The notes under the pieces were generated by a model. That model saw only the letters and a program-made list of their open reading frames with translations. It had not been told where the DNA came from and searched no databases. From Gemmatimonadales bacterium (GTDB lineage Bacteria > Gemmatimonadota > Gemmatimonadetes > Gemmatimonadales > GWC2-71-9), in contig OZ252244.1 in assembly GCA_965249575.1 (NCBI GenBank), forward strand, positions 1,952,001-2,016,000: a stretch of 64,000 bases of DNA, given 5' to 3'. Position numbers and translations under genes: made by a program. This document shows positions 31,280 through 41,030 of this stretch, one piece after another (position 1 is the stretch's first letter; every line of letters starts with the position of its first letter).

Positions 31280-31702
31280 ATGGATGGGCGCCGGTCGCGA
31301 GCACCCGGTCGTTCCGGTTCGCGAACCGGCTTCTACGGGCCGCGGGCCATGGATCCCGGTAGGAAGTTTCGAGCGTGCCGGTTCTGTGGGTTCTGGCAGG
31401 AGGTGGGAAAGAAGCCAGTGCGCTTCCGGCCCGTTGCCCACGACTGCGAGGAGTGGCCTCAGTGCGCAAAGGCGCCCTATATCTGGTGGGTCGAGCCGAA
31501 CGAGAAGTGGTTCAACTGCGTGTACTGTGGGAAGCGGGCACCGGTTGAGGGGTCGAATCCTTTCGCGAAGGGTGTTTTGGTAAGGGCCCCGTCCGACGAT
31601 CAGGATCATCCGTGGTGGCGTGTCCCGCAGAACCGACCTTACCAATTCTACTATCGATTCTGGGAAAACTGGCCGGCTACGAAAGGTCGGGCCTACCTCT
31701 AA
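31280..31702 (+). CDS. Cys/Trp-rich hypothetical protein, possible zinc ribbons
   Basis: CRFC, HDC..C and CVYC motifs; 5' end uncertain. Confidence 0.55.
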   Translation: MDGRRSRAPGRSGSRTGFYGPRAMDPGRKFRACRFCGFWQEVGKKPVRFRPVAHDCEEWPQCAKAPYIWWVEPNEKWFNCVYCGKRAPVEGSNPFAKGVLVRAPSDDQDHPWWRVPQNRPYQFYYRFWENWPATKGRAYL

Positions 31703-31795
31703 AAGGCGCCGTCGCGGTTCGTCTGAGGTATTCGGCTCTCCCCCCTTCAAGCGGCACTCCGGTGCTCCCTCGCTGCTCAGTCATTCCACGCGCAA

Positions 31796-32512
31796 TCACA
31801 GGATTTCGCGTAGCATCACGGTCATCGCTCCCGCAGTGGAGACCGTGAGGACCGACGCTCGTGTGTATCCCTTGTCGAGCAATGGGGCCACCTTTCCGGA
31901 CACCGCGAACCCCAGGAGCATTCCGGGGAGGAGTATCAGCCCCCACTGAAGCTCCACGCGTCCGAACAGCCCGGCACTGCGGAGTGCGGTGAGAGACATC
32001 AGAACCCCCAGTGCGAAGTACAGGCCGAGAGTGCCGCGGAGCCTCGGGCCGGCAGAATACTGATAGACCAAGGCCATCGGTGGCCCACCGATGGACGATG
32101 CAGTGCCCATGAAACCCGATACGGCGCCCACGGTGAGCAACGACCAGGTTCTTTCCGGAAACCGGAGGCCCGAGGCGCTCATGGCAATCGCCACCAGTAC
32201 CAGCGACGCGAAGGCAAGCGTCATCTGTTCGCGTGGGAGGGTCGCCAAGAGCCCAACGGCTAGCAGGACCCCGGGGATCCGGCCGGCCAGGGCCAGGGTC
32301 ACTCCCGCCACGTGGACGGACGCCCGGTACTTGATCGAAACGAGAATCGAGAGGAAGAGCGCAACGAACAAGAGCGGTCCCGGGACCAAACGCGGCTCGA
32401 TAAGCACGAGGAGCGGCGCTGCCAGCAGCCCAAGCCCAAATCCAACCGACCCCTGGAGAGTGGCTCCGGCTGTAACGACCGCCAGGGCCATCCAAGTCTG
32501 AGCGAGCGTCAA
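31796..32512 (-). CDS. TauE/SafE (sulfite exporter) family permease
   Basis: GSVGFGLGL, GFMGTASSIGGPP; TTG start after the AAGGAG RBS. Confidence 0.85.
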   Translation of the reverse strand: MTLAQTWMALAVVTAGATLQGSVGFGLGLLAAPLLVLIEPRLVPGPLLFVALFLSILVSIKYRASVHVAGVTLALAGRIPGVLLAVGLLATLPREQMTLAFASLVLVAIAMSASGLRFPERTWSLLTVGAVSGFMGTASSIGGPPMALVYQYSAGPRLRGTLGLYFALGVLMSLTALRSAGLFGRVELQWGLILLPGMLLGFAVSGKVAPLLDKGYTRASVLTVSTAGAMTVMLREIL

Positions 32513-32857
32513 TTCGAGGCTGTCTCCTTCTACTCGATAAACGGGAGGCCCGGCGATCCGAATGCTGAGGCACCCAAAACGCTGGTGGCGGCGGCGTAGT
32601 ATAGCATCCCTGCGCGCCGATGTGTCACTTACCGATGGGCGTGGGCCGTTGCTCTTGTCGCCGCAAGTCGGCAGATTACGGTCTTCTCGAACGCAACCGC
32701 CCCCCAAAAGACAGTGCCGTGGAGGTTTCTTCATAAATGGGCGGTGGTCGGGCCCCTCGACCGGTGCAGGCGGCTCAACGGGCGGGGGCAACGAAGCCTC
32801 GTTTAGCCATACTTGACGGTCAACGCAACGCTACCCACCAAGAAAAGGATGAGTGCA

Positions 32858-33457
32858 ATGAGCATGTTCGGAAGACTCGCGGTGAGTGTCACGACTCTGA
32901 CGGTGTTCGGAGTGGTTGGGTGCGGAGGTGGCGACACCGGGGGTGGTGGAGGTGGGGCACCAGCCGGCGGAGCGCCTGCAGCCCAGCAAACCGGCGGTGG
33001 AGCGGGCCTCTCGGTTCCTGAGTGGATGACCGTCAACGAGGGTGGCAAGACCGTGACGCTCAGGATCGAGGCAGGTTCGACCGCGGACAACAACAGCTGG
33101 AACTTCAATGGTCGCTACAACGGCGACGCCACGGTCGTAGTACCTGAAGGGTTCGCCGTGACCATCGAGTTCAAGAACAACGATCCCGAGCTGGCGCACA
33201 GCATCGGTGTCGATAGCCGGACGGGCGGATTCCCTCCAATGTTCGACACCGCGGAGCCCTTGTTCCCAGGTGCGATTTCTTCGAACCCGATGTCGGCTAC
33301 GGATGCGACTCGCCGCGGGGCCTCGGAGACGATCGAGTTCACCGCATCGACCGCGGGCGAATACTCGCTCGTGTGCTACGTTCCGGCCCACGCGCTCGCC
33401 GGTATGTGGATTGGATTCACGGTGTCGGCGGACGGCGAGGCGGGCGTTCGGATGTAA
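32858..33457 (+). CDS. sulfocyanin-like blue-copper lipoprotein
   Basis: lipobox VVGC, Gly-rich linker, WNFNG, HS, and type-1 Cu loop CYVPAHALAGM. Confidence 0.8.
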   Translation: MSMFGRLAVSVTTLTVFGVVGCGGGDTGGGGGGAPAGGAPAAQQTGGGAGLSVPEWMTVNEGGKTVTLRIEAGSTADNNSWNFNGRYNGDATVVVPEGFAVTIEFKNNDPELAHSIGVDSRTGGFPPMFDTAEPLFPGAISSNPMSATDATRRGASETIEFTASTAGEYSLVCYVPAHALAGMWIGFTVSADGEAGVRM

Positions 33458-33631
33458 GGGCCTGAGGCGTTCCGGCGCGCCCGGCTCCGAATACCACGGA
33501 TCGGCCGCCCGGTGTCTCGGACGGGGGAAGGACTTCATGGTTATCGAGCGGCGCTCTCCGATGGGGAGCGCTCGCGCCGGTCGCTCCGCGCAGGACAGCA
33601 TTCCGGCCATTCTTCAAGAAGGAATAGTCTC

Positions 33632-34993
33632 ATGCTAGAAAGACGGTTCGCGTCACTAATTCCCATCGTGGCGCTGGTTCTTGGCGTGCTCGTAACCACT
33701 CCGGCGCTGTCCCAGTTCCCACCCGGTAGGGAGGGCAGCTCCAACCTGACGATCGTGTCGCACCTGCCGCTCGACGGCGTGGCGTTCAGCACGTCGGACA
33801 TCGAGGTTGAACAAGAGTTGTCGCGCCCATTCGTCTACGTGGACAAACGGCTCATTCCGTCGGGTTTCGATGTGATCAGTATCAAGGACCCCTCGAAACC
33901 CGAGATCATCTACTCGTGGCGGATCGAAGATCCAGAGCTGCATCAGGGATCCGGGTCTCTGGCGCCGACATACCTGAAGAGCAGCGGGCGATACTACTTG
34001 TTCAATGGCTACGAGTTCAGAAGAGGCGGACCGGACGCCGACCTGGCCGCGACGGTACATGATGTCACCAGCCTGCCCGATACCTCTGGCGTCAGGCTGA
34101 TCGCTCGGATACGTCTTCCCGAAGCGCCGGGCGGGTTTCATGAGACGTTCTCATACAAGCACTCGAACGGGCAGGCGTTGGTCTTCGCGGCGCCACAAAT
34201 CAGCTTCGCCTACATCTACGATATCGATCGAATCGCCGCTGGAGGCCCGGATCAGGGGCTCGTCGCAAAGATCGAGGTGCCAGAGTCCGACATGAATCGC
34301 GGCTGGCATGACTTCTATGTCGGCTACGATCCGGCCACTCGTCAGGACAGGATGTTCGGCGCGGGCGGCAAGGGGTATTACGTATTCGACGTCAGCAACC
34401 TCCAAGAGCCTAGGCTCCTCACTTCCGTGACTGGCGCCGCTGGCGTGCCTCGAGGGCACACCTTCACGCCGACGCCGGACGGGAGGTACGCGTTCTCCAT
34501 CTCCGAGCCGACCTATCAGTATGCCCCGATGCGCGTGTTCGATCTGAAGCCGGGTCTGGACGGTGAAGTGAAAAACATCAGTCGCCCCGTGGGTGCGTGG
34601 TCCCCGGACTGGCGAGGAGCCGTTCACTACTTCGAGGTGCGCTGGCCCTACGTCTTCGTGGCTGGCCAGAGTGACGCGTTGCAAGTCATCAACGTCATGG
34701 ATGCTACGAATCCCTACACGGTGGCCTACTACGACACGAAGCAAGGCCCCTACCTCCATGGTGTCGACTTCCGGACCGGGGGCAGGTCAACGAATAGCGT
34801 ATACGACGGTCTGTGGGGCATCGACGTGCGTAACGCCGACGGGCTGATCGTGGTGAGTGATTTGAATACTGGGTTCTGGGCGTTTCGCATGGATGGATTC
34901 AGTGGGTGGGATGGACACGACTGGGGTATGCCAAACCAGTCGAGCGCACAGGATTGGGACAAGGGGCCGGACGGCGCCCCGAAAGTCAGTTGA
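33632..34993 (+). CDS. LVIVD-repeat (choice-of-anchor-B-like) beta-propeller exported protein
   Basis: signal peptide; repeated FDVISIKDPSKP / FDVSNLQEP / INVMDATNP; His residues in GFHE, GWHD, GHT, VHY. Confidence 0.75.
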   Translation: MLERRFASLIPIVALVLGVLVTTPALSQFPPGREGSSNLTIVSHLPLDGVAFSTSDIEVEQELSRPFVYVDKRLIPSGFDVISIKDPSKPEIIYSWRIEDPELHQGSGSLAPTYLKSSGRYYLFNGYEFRRGGPDADLAATVHDVTSLPDTSGVRLIARIRLPEAPGGFHETFSYKHSNGQALVFAAPQISFAYIYDIDRIAAGGPDQGLVAKIEVPESDMNRGWHDFYVGYDPATRQDRMFGAGGKGYYVFDVSNLQEPRLLTSVTGAAGVPRGHTFTPTPDGRYAFSISEPTYQYAPMRVFDLKPGLDGEVKNISRPVGAWSPDWRGAVHYFEVRWPYVFVAGQSDALQVINVMDATNPYTVAYYDTKQGPYLHGVDFRTGGRSTNSVYDGLWGIDVRNADGLIVVSDLNTGFWAFRMDGFSGWDGHDWGMPNQSSAQDWDKGPDGAPKVS

Positions 34994-35000
34994 AGATTGT

Positions 35001-35079
35001 GGGGTAGACGATAGGGCTAGGGTGTAGGGAATACCGTTGGCAGCTGATAACCGAGCTCCCTACTTCCTAATCCTACCCC
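35001..35079. repeat. inverted degenerate heptamer repeats between convergent genes (possible bidirectional terminator)
   Basis: GGGGTAG..GTAGGGA (35001-35030) versus TCCCTAC..CTACCCC (35057-35079). Confidence 0.6.
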
Positions 35080-35111
35080 GTATGCATGCAGTGTTTCCTT
35101 TCGTGAGTTTC

Positions 35112-36173
35112 CTAATCGCCGCCCCAGATATCACCCATCGTAAAGCCCTCTGGAAACGGGTCGGTTGGATCCAGAACGTAGTGGCTGAATCCGGTGATCC
35201 AGGCTTGTCCGCTGAGTGTGGGTACGACGGCGGGGTACCGCCCGATGGTTGTTTCCTCGACTAGCCTGCCGGTGAATACGGTGCCGAGAACACCTTCGTG
35301 GCGAAAGTCCTGGTCGAGCGGGAGCTGTCCCTTGGCGTGCATGACGGCCATCCTTGCGCACGTCCCCGTTCCGCAGGGTGATCGGTCGATAGCGCCGGTC
35401 CACGACCCCCGTCTACTCCAGTCCAAGGTACCGGTCGATACGATCACGGCGTTCTTCGAGGCGGCGTCGGGGCTGCTAGGCGGACCAGAGAGCATCGCGA
35501 TGGTGACCCCAGCGATGTCCGGATTTTCCGGATGCACAACTGGCAGCTGTTCCCTCGCTGCGGCCTTGATCATCTCGCCCACACGGACGATATCGCTCCC
35601 CTCGTCGGGCGTGAGCTCCAGTCCGAGTCGCGCGGCGTCGGCGATGACGTAGAACATCCCGCCGTAGGCGACGTCGACTTTCATTGATCCCAGATCGGGG
35701 ACGTCGATAGCGGCGTCGATGTACGCCGCGAACGCCGGCACGTTCTGGAACGTGACCTGTTTGACCTTCCCGTCGGCCACTTCGGCTCGTATTGGGATGA
35801 GCCCCGCAGGCGCCTCGAGCACCAGCTCGGTGAAGGGCTCCTGCACAGGTACCATGCCGGTTTCGATGAGCACTGTAACCACGCAGATGGTGTTCGTACC
35901 GGACATGGGCGGGTACTCGACCTGCTCCATGATGACGAAGCCCGCGTGTGCCTCCGGTTTCGTGGGTGGCAGGAGGAGATTGCAATTCGACGCGGGGTAT
36001 CCCCTCGGCTCTCGAAGCATACGACGGCGTAGCTCGTCACCGTGCTGTTCGAGGTAAAGCTTCTTTTCGAACATGGTGTTACCCGGTACGTCCGGTACCC
36101 CGCTTACGATGACCCGTCCCGGCTCCCCGCAGGCGTGTGCGTCGACTGCGGTGATGAGGCTGGAGAGGCGCAT
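35112..36173 (-). CDS. proline racemase superfamily protein, Ser/Cys catalytic pair
   Basis: VDAHACGEPGRV, EPRG, MSGTN (instead of MCGH), DRSPCGTGT. Confidence 0.9.
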   Translation of the reverse strand: MRLSSLITAVDAHACGEPGRVIVSGVPDVPGNTMFEKKLYLEQHGDELRRRMLREPRGYPASNCNLLLPPTKPEAHAGFVIMEQVEYPPMSGTNTICVVTVLIETGMVPVQEPFTELVLEAPAGLIPIRAEVADGKVKQVTFQNVPAFAAYIDAAIDVPDLGSMKVDVAYGGMFYVIADAARLGLELTPDEGSDIVRVGEMIKAAAREQLPVVHPENPDIAGVTIAMLSGPPSSPDAASKNAVIVSTGTLDWSRRGSWTGAIDRSPCGTGTCARMAVMHAKGQLPLDQDFRHEGVLGTVFTGRLVEETTIGRYPAVVPTLSGQAWITGFSHYVLDPTDPFPEGFTMGDIWGGD

Positions 36174-36366
36174 CGGGTCTCCTGTTAACGGTTCCCGTTT
36201 CGCGGTCGCTACCAAGATAAGCGCGTGCACCGCTTGGGAGATCACGCGTTTGCCGCAGGCATCCCGGGGGGCTATTATCTCGGCGCTTTTTTCGACTGGA
36301 CGTGATCGCGCGGCCGTAGCGCCGTATCATCCACTAGCCAATCGGGACATGTCGAACGGAGACACA

Positions 36367-37419
36367 ATGCGGGCCGTGGTGATTCACCGGCACGGCGGCC
36401 CCGAAGTACTCACTCTGGAGCCGGCGTGGCCTCGGCCCGTCCCAGGCCCCGGGGACATTGTCGTGCAAGTGAAGGCCTGCGCGCTCAACTATCTCGACAT
36501 CTTCGTCCGGAACGGGATGCCAGGGGAGCCGACACCGTTACCCACGATAACCGGAGGCGACATCGCGGGTGTTGTGCACAGCGCTGGAGATGGGGTCGAA
36601 TGGCCGCCAGTCGGCGAGCGGGTGGTGCTCAATCCCAACTGGGGGTGTGGCCGCTGCGAATATTGCCGGGACGGTGACACGCAACTGTGTCTCAGACCGA
36701 GAATGTTGGGGGAGATAGATCCAGGCGGGCTGGCCGAGTACGTGAAATGCCCTGCACGCCAGGCCATCTCCGTCCCGGCTGATTTCCCATTGGAGAATGC
36801 GGCGTGCCTGCCGGTCGCCTACGGTACTGCGTGGCGGATGGTCACAGTCCACGCGGCAATCGTGCCCGACGACGTCGTGCTCGTGCTCGGCGCGGGCGGC
36901 GGTGTGGCGATGGCTGCCATTCAAATGGCAAAACTGATGGGTGCTCGGGTGATCGCGACCGCGTCTACCGACCGGAAGCTCGAGCGCGCGAAGCAGCTCG
37001 GGGCCGACGAAGTGATCAACTACTCTGCTGATACCGACTGGGATCTGACCGTTCGAAAACTCACCCGCAAGCGCGGGGCGGACGTGATTATCGACAGCGT
37101 CGGTGCTGCGACGTGGGAGCGGAGCATTCGCGCACTCGGAAAACGCGGGCGGCTCGTTACCTGCGGCGCGACCTCCGGTCCCATCGGCAGGACCGACATT
37201 CGCTACGTCTTCAGGAGGGAGCAGAGCATCATCGGTAGTGAAGGGTGGACACATTCGGAGCTCGTGCGCATGACGGGGCTGGCGTTTCAGGGGAAGCTCG
37301 AGTCCGTCATCGACCGGGTTCTATCCCTGGAAGAGACCGCGCAGGGCGAGTTGGCCCTCGAGCGGAGGGAGGTGTTCGGGAAAGTCATCGTCCGGCCGGA
37401 GCCGCCGGATGCTTCCTGA
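36367..37419 (+). CDS. zinc-binding MDR dehydrogenase/reductase
   Basis: HGGPEVL, LNYLD, structural Zn CGRCEYC..C, GAGGGVA. Confidence 0.85.
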   Translation: MRAVVIHRHGGPEVLTLEPAWPRPVPGPGDIVVQVKACALNYLDIFVRNGMPGEPTPLPTITGGDIAGVVHSAGDGVEWPPVGERVVLNPNWGCGRCEYCRDGDTQLCLRPRMLGEIDPGGLAEYVKCPARQAISVPADFPLENAACLPVAYGTAWRMVTVHAAIVPDDVVLVLGAGGGVAMAAIQMAKLMGARVIATASTDRKLERAKQLGADEVINYSADTDWDLTVRKLTRKRGADVIIDSVGAATWERSIRALGKRGRLVTCGATSGPIGRTDIRYVFRREQSIIGSEGWTHSELVRMTGLAFQGKLESVIDRVLSLEETAQGELALERREVFGKVIVRPEPPDAS

Positions 37420-38986
37420 GAACCTGGGACATCTCTTCGCGACCGCGTTGAAACTCTCCCCCTCCCAACCTGCGGTCTTCCAGGGAGATACGGTTCTCAC
37501 CTATCGAGAGCTGGACGAGCGCTGTAACCGCGTCGCAAACGCGCTATGCGGGCTGGGCGTGGAAACCGGAGGGCGCGTTGCCCTCATGTTCGGAAACGAC
37601 TTCCGTTTTTTGGAGTGTTTCTTCGGCCCGATGCGGATGGGAGCGGTATCGGTTCCGCTCAACACGCGGCTCGGTGACGACGCACTGACGTTCATACTCG
37701 ATGATGCCGAGGCGACGGTCGTCATTGCGGATGCGTCCATGGCCGCCCGAGCCGCTCGGGTGGCCGGCGGAAGGCCGGCCGTGCAGGTCGTGGTAGGCGG
37801 TCCGAACCTCCAGAACACGCTGTCATACGGTGAAATCCTCGAGGCGGCGTCACCCCTTCCAACGCCGCGCAAAACGGATGCGCGGGAAATCTGTATGCAG
37901 CCTTATACGTCGGGGTCAACCGGCAAGCCCAAAGGCGCGCTACTCGATCATGGCGGCCAGATCTGGAACGCCGACACGATGCGAAAGGCGATGATGCTCG
38001 ATGAGACCGATCGGGCGCTCGTAGCGGTGCCGCTATTCCACAAGAACGCCATGGCGGGCGCGGTCAAGCCATTTCTCATCGCCGGAGCGTCGATCGTCAT
38101 CCTCCCGGCATTCGACGCTGTGGAGGTGATTCGGGCAATCAGCCGATACAAGATCACGTATCTCACCGGCGTGCCGGCGATGTACAAAATGATACTGGCC
38201 GAGAGTGATGCGCTGCAGAAACACTCCGTCGAGTCGGTCAGATACGCCATGATCGGATCTGCTGAGGTACCCGATGAATTGGTCTCGGAATTCACGCGTG
38301 TGTTCGGCGCAGCGATGGCCGAGGGTTACGGTCTCACCGAGGGCGGTCCGGTGCCGCTGTTCAACACGCGATGGGGTTTGCAACGGCGTGGTAGCTGCGG
38401 AAGAGTGGTCCCCGGATCGGATGTCCGGATCGTAGCGGACGACGGCATCACGGACGTCGATCCTGGCGAGATCGGCGAGCTCGTCGTTCGCAATCCCGGA
38501 ATGGCGCAAGGATACTGGAAGCGTCCGGCAGAGACGGGCCGCAAATTCCGCGATGGATGGCTGTTCACCGGCGACCTCTTCCGTCGCGACAGTGACGGCT
38601 ATTTCTATTTCGTCGGACGAAAGGACGACGTGATCAATGTGTCGGGTGAGAAGGTCTATCCGAAGGAAGTGGAGGACATCCTGATGCGGCACGCGAACGT
38701 TCGGGACGCGTGTGTCGTTGCGGCTCCCCACCCCGTCAAGGGCGAAGTTCCGGTCGCGTTCGTACTCGAGAAAAAGCGGGGGAGGACGACCGAAACGGAG
38801 CTCCAAGACCACTTCCTGCTGCACGGTGCCCCGTATGCCTACCCTAGGAAGTTCTACCTTCGCGAGTCGTTGCCGCTTCTGGGTACCGGCAAGCACGATC
38901 GAAGCGCGATGAAGCAGCTAGCACGGGATGATGCGGCGAGCCTCGTTCGCGAGCGCGAGCCCCGCGGGACCGGTCGTCGCGCCTGA
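37409..38986 (+). CDS. acyl-CoA synthetase / AMP-binding enzyme
   Basis: YTSGSTGKPKG, EGYGLTE, TGD, GRKDDVI, GTGK. Confidence 0.92.
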   Translation: MLPENLGHLFATALKLSPSQPAVFQGDTVLTYRELDERCNRVANALCGLGVETGGRVALMFGNDFRFLECFFGPMRMGAVSVPLNTRLGDDALTFILDDAEATVVIADASMAARAARVAGGRPAVQVVVGGPNLQNTLSYGEILEAASPLPTPRKTDAREICMQPYTSGSTGKPKGALLDHGGQIWNADTMRKAMMLDETDRALVAVPLFHKNAMAGAVKPFLIAGASIVILPAFDAVEVIRAISRYKITYLTGVPAMYKMILAESDALQKHSVESVRYAMIGSAEVPDELVSEFTRVFGAAMAEGYGLTEGGPVPLFNTRWGLQRRGSCGRVVPGSDVRIVADDGITDVDPGEIGELVVRNPGMAQGYWKRPAETGRKFRDGWLFTGDLFRRDSDGYFYFVGRKDDVINVSGEKVYPKEVEDILMRHANVRDACVVAAPHPVKGEVPVAFVLEKKRGRTTETELQDHFLLHGAPYAYPRKFYLRESLPLLGTGKHDRSAMKQLARDDAASLVREREPRGTGRRA

Positions 38987-39399
38987 TGGGAGGCCGTATT
39001 CCCCGCGAGGGCCTTCGCGCGCTGTTGGAGGCCGCTCCCTACCACGCGTTCCTGCGAGTGAAGCTGACGTCCGTCGAGAAGGGTCGCGTGAGCGTCACAT
39101 TGCCGTTCCGCGAAGAGTTTCTTGGAGACCCGGAGGGGCCGTTCCTCCACGGCGGCATCATTGCGGCGCTGCTCGACATCGCCGCGTGTTTCGCCATCAT
39201 ATCCGAGCTGGAGCGCGACGTACCGACCGTGGATCTTCGCGTCGACTATCTACGCCCAGCCGGCAGCGTCGACATCACTGCAGAGGGAAGCGTCGTGAGA
39301 GTTGGGCGGTCACTCGGCGTGGCCGATGCAAAAGCCATCGACGCGAATGGCCGGCTCATTGCCGTCGGCCGTGGCCAGTTCAATACGGTGAAAGCATGA
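38986..39399 (+). CDS. PaaI-family hot-dog thioesterase
   Basis: LHGGIIAALLD, TVDLRVDYLRP. Confidence 0.9.
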   Translation: MGGRIPREGLRALLEAAPYHAFLRVKLTSVEKGRVSVTLPFREEFLGDPEGPFLHGGIIAALLDIAACFAIISELERDVPTVDLRVDYLRPAGSVDITAEGSVVRVGRSLGVADAKAIDANGRLIAVGRGQFNTVKA

Positions 39400-39415
39400 C
39401 GGTCAGCGAGGTCCG

Positions 39416-40814
39416 ATGGTGACAGACGAACGAGACATGACACCGGGTGGGGAACAAGCGAGCGCGCTCATACAGCGATATCCGCTCGCCGAGGCGATAC
39501 CGCCCGAGAAGCTCGAAGCGGAGATCGCGCAGATCGACCGGCTAGAAGCGGCGCCGTTCGGCAGGAGGGTCTCTGGCTACCTCCGGCTGACCGGACCGGG
39601 CTTCATGGGAGCGGCGCTCACCTTGGGAGCGGGCACGCTCGCAGGGGCGATGCTGTCGGGCGCCCGGTTTGGATATCGGACGCTTTGGATGGTGTGGCTC
39701 TCGGTTGGGCTGGGGATGTTCATGCTGGCGGCCTCGGCCCGCTTTACGAGCAAGGGCGGGTTCCGCGTCATACCTACCCAGAACCGGCTTCACGGGCGCC
39801 TGGTCGGATCGGTGCTCACCGGTATCGTCGGATGCGCCTTCGTCGGAATCGTGTTCAGCTTCGGTCAGTACTCCCTCTCCACGCATCTCATCGAATCCCT
39901 GGCGGCGCTGAGCGGATTCGAGTTCCCCCGTACGATGAACTGGGTTCTCGTCTTCGCTCTCACGGCCTCCTTGACCCTGCTCTATGGCAGGAAGGACGGG
40001 CGTGGTATCGGTCGTGTCGAATCGTTCATGAAGGTTTGCGTCCTCATCAATGTTGCTTGGTTTCGGCGCGACGCTGCTCGTCGTCGGAGTGCAGTGGAAC
40101 GAGTTGCTCCGGGGGATCTTCGTCCCATGGTTGCCTCGAGGGTTCGAAGGTATCACGCTGTTCGTGGCGTCCTCGACCGCGGCGATCGGAGTGATGGACT
40201 GGGTGTTTTTTCACTATGCCGGACTCGCGCGGGGCTGGGGACCGAAACACGAAGGGCTGGCGCGGTATGACATGTTCGTTGGTTTCTTTCTGCCCTTCGT
40301 TCTCATCAACTGCATGGTCATCGCCGTCTTCTCGGAGACTCTGTATGGTAAGGCTCATCCCGAGACGGCCGCCGATCTGGCGCGGTCGCTCCAGCCCCTC
40401 CTCGGCGCGTATTGGTCGCAGGTCTTGTTTTACCTCGGATTTCTTGCGGTTCCGGTCAGTACGATCGTAGGCATGAGCATCGTGACGGCGATTGCCATTC
40501 ACGAAGCGTTCGGCTGGACTCCGGACACGACGTCGCTCAGGTGGAAGGTCACTGCCCTTCTACCACAGATTGGATTCCTCGGTGTTTGGCATCCACGGCC
40601 CGTCTGGTTGATAATCATCATCGGCGCGTTCCTGTCGCTGTCGCAGAACTTCGTTGGGTGGAGCTTTTATCTCCTCGCGAACAACAAGAAGCTGCTGGGT
40701 GAAGACCGCTGCAAGAGCCGGTTCTGGAACGGCGGTATGCTCCTCGACGTGACGCTCATCAACTGCGTCAGCATCATCTACGTTTTGAGCTTGTTGAACC
40801 TGTGGCCGGAGTAA
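39416..40814 (+). CDS. NRAMP/LeuT-fold-like transporter; 1-nt frameshift at ~40049
   Basis: GPGFMGAALTLGAG..GARFGYRTLW; about 11 hydrophobic segments split between ORFs 39416 and 40050. Confidence 0.75.
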
Positions 40815-40821
40815 ACGACAG

Positions 40822-41013
40822 ATGCACCTAAACCAACGAATCGGGCCGTTGACGCTGCGAACATGGGGCCTCGTCCTCAACCTAGTCGGTAACGTGCTGC
40901 TTCTGCACGGTGCGGTCACCTTTCTCACCGGCGGCGCCGGACCTCTCGAAATGGCGGTCGGCGGTGCCGTTACGGCGGCTTGTCTTTTCATTCTGTCGGC
41001 GCCCACGACTTGA
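40822..41013 (+). CDS. small two-TM membrane protein
   Basis: 63 aa, two hydrophobic helices, fills the operon gap. Confidence 0.5.
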   Translation: MHLNQRIGPLTLRTWGLVLNLVGNVLLLHGAVTFLTGGAGPLEMAVGGAVTAACLFILSAPTT

Positions 41014-41030
41014 TGATGGAGGCTCGAACC

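Noticed and set aside
4160..40060. programmed frameshifting or phase variation at the many 1-nt shifts
   Set aside because: The shifts are in unrelated genes at short runs (2-5 nt) with no shared slippery motif; sequencing error or decay is simpler.
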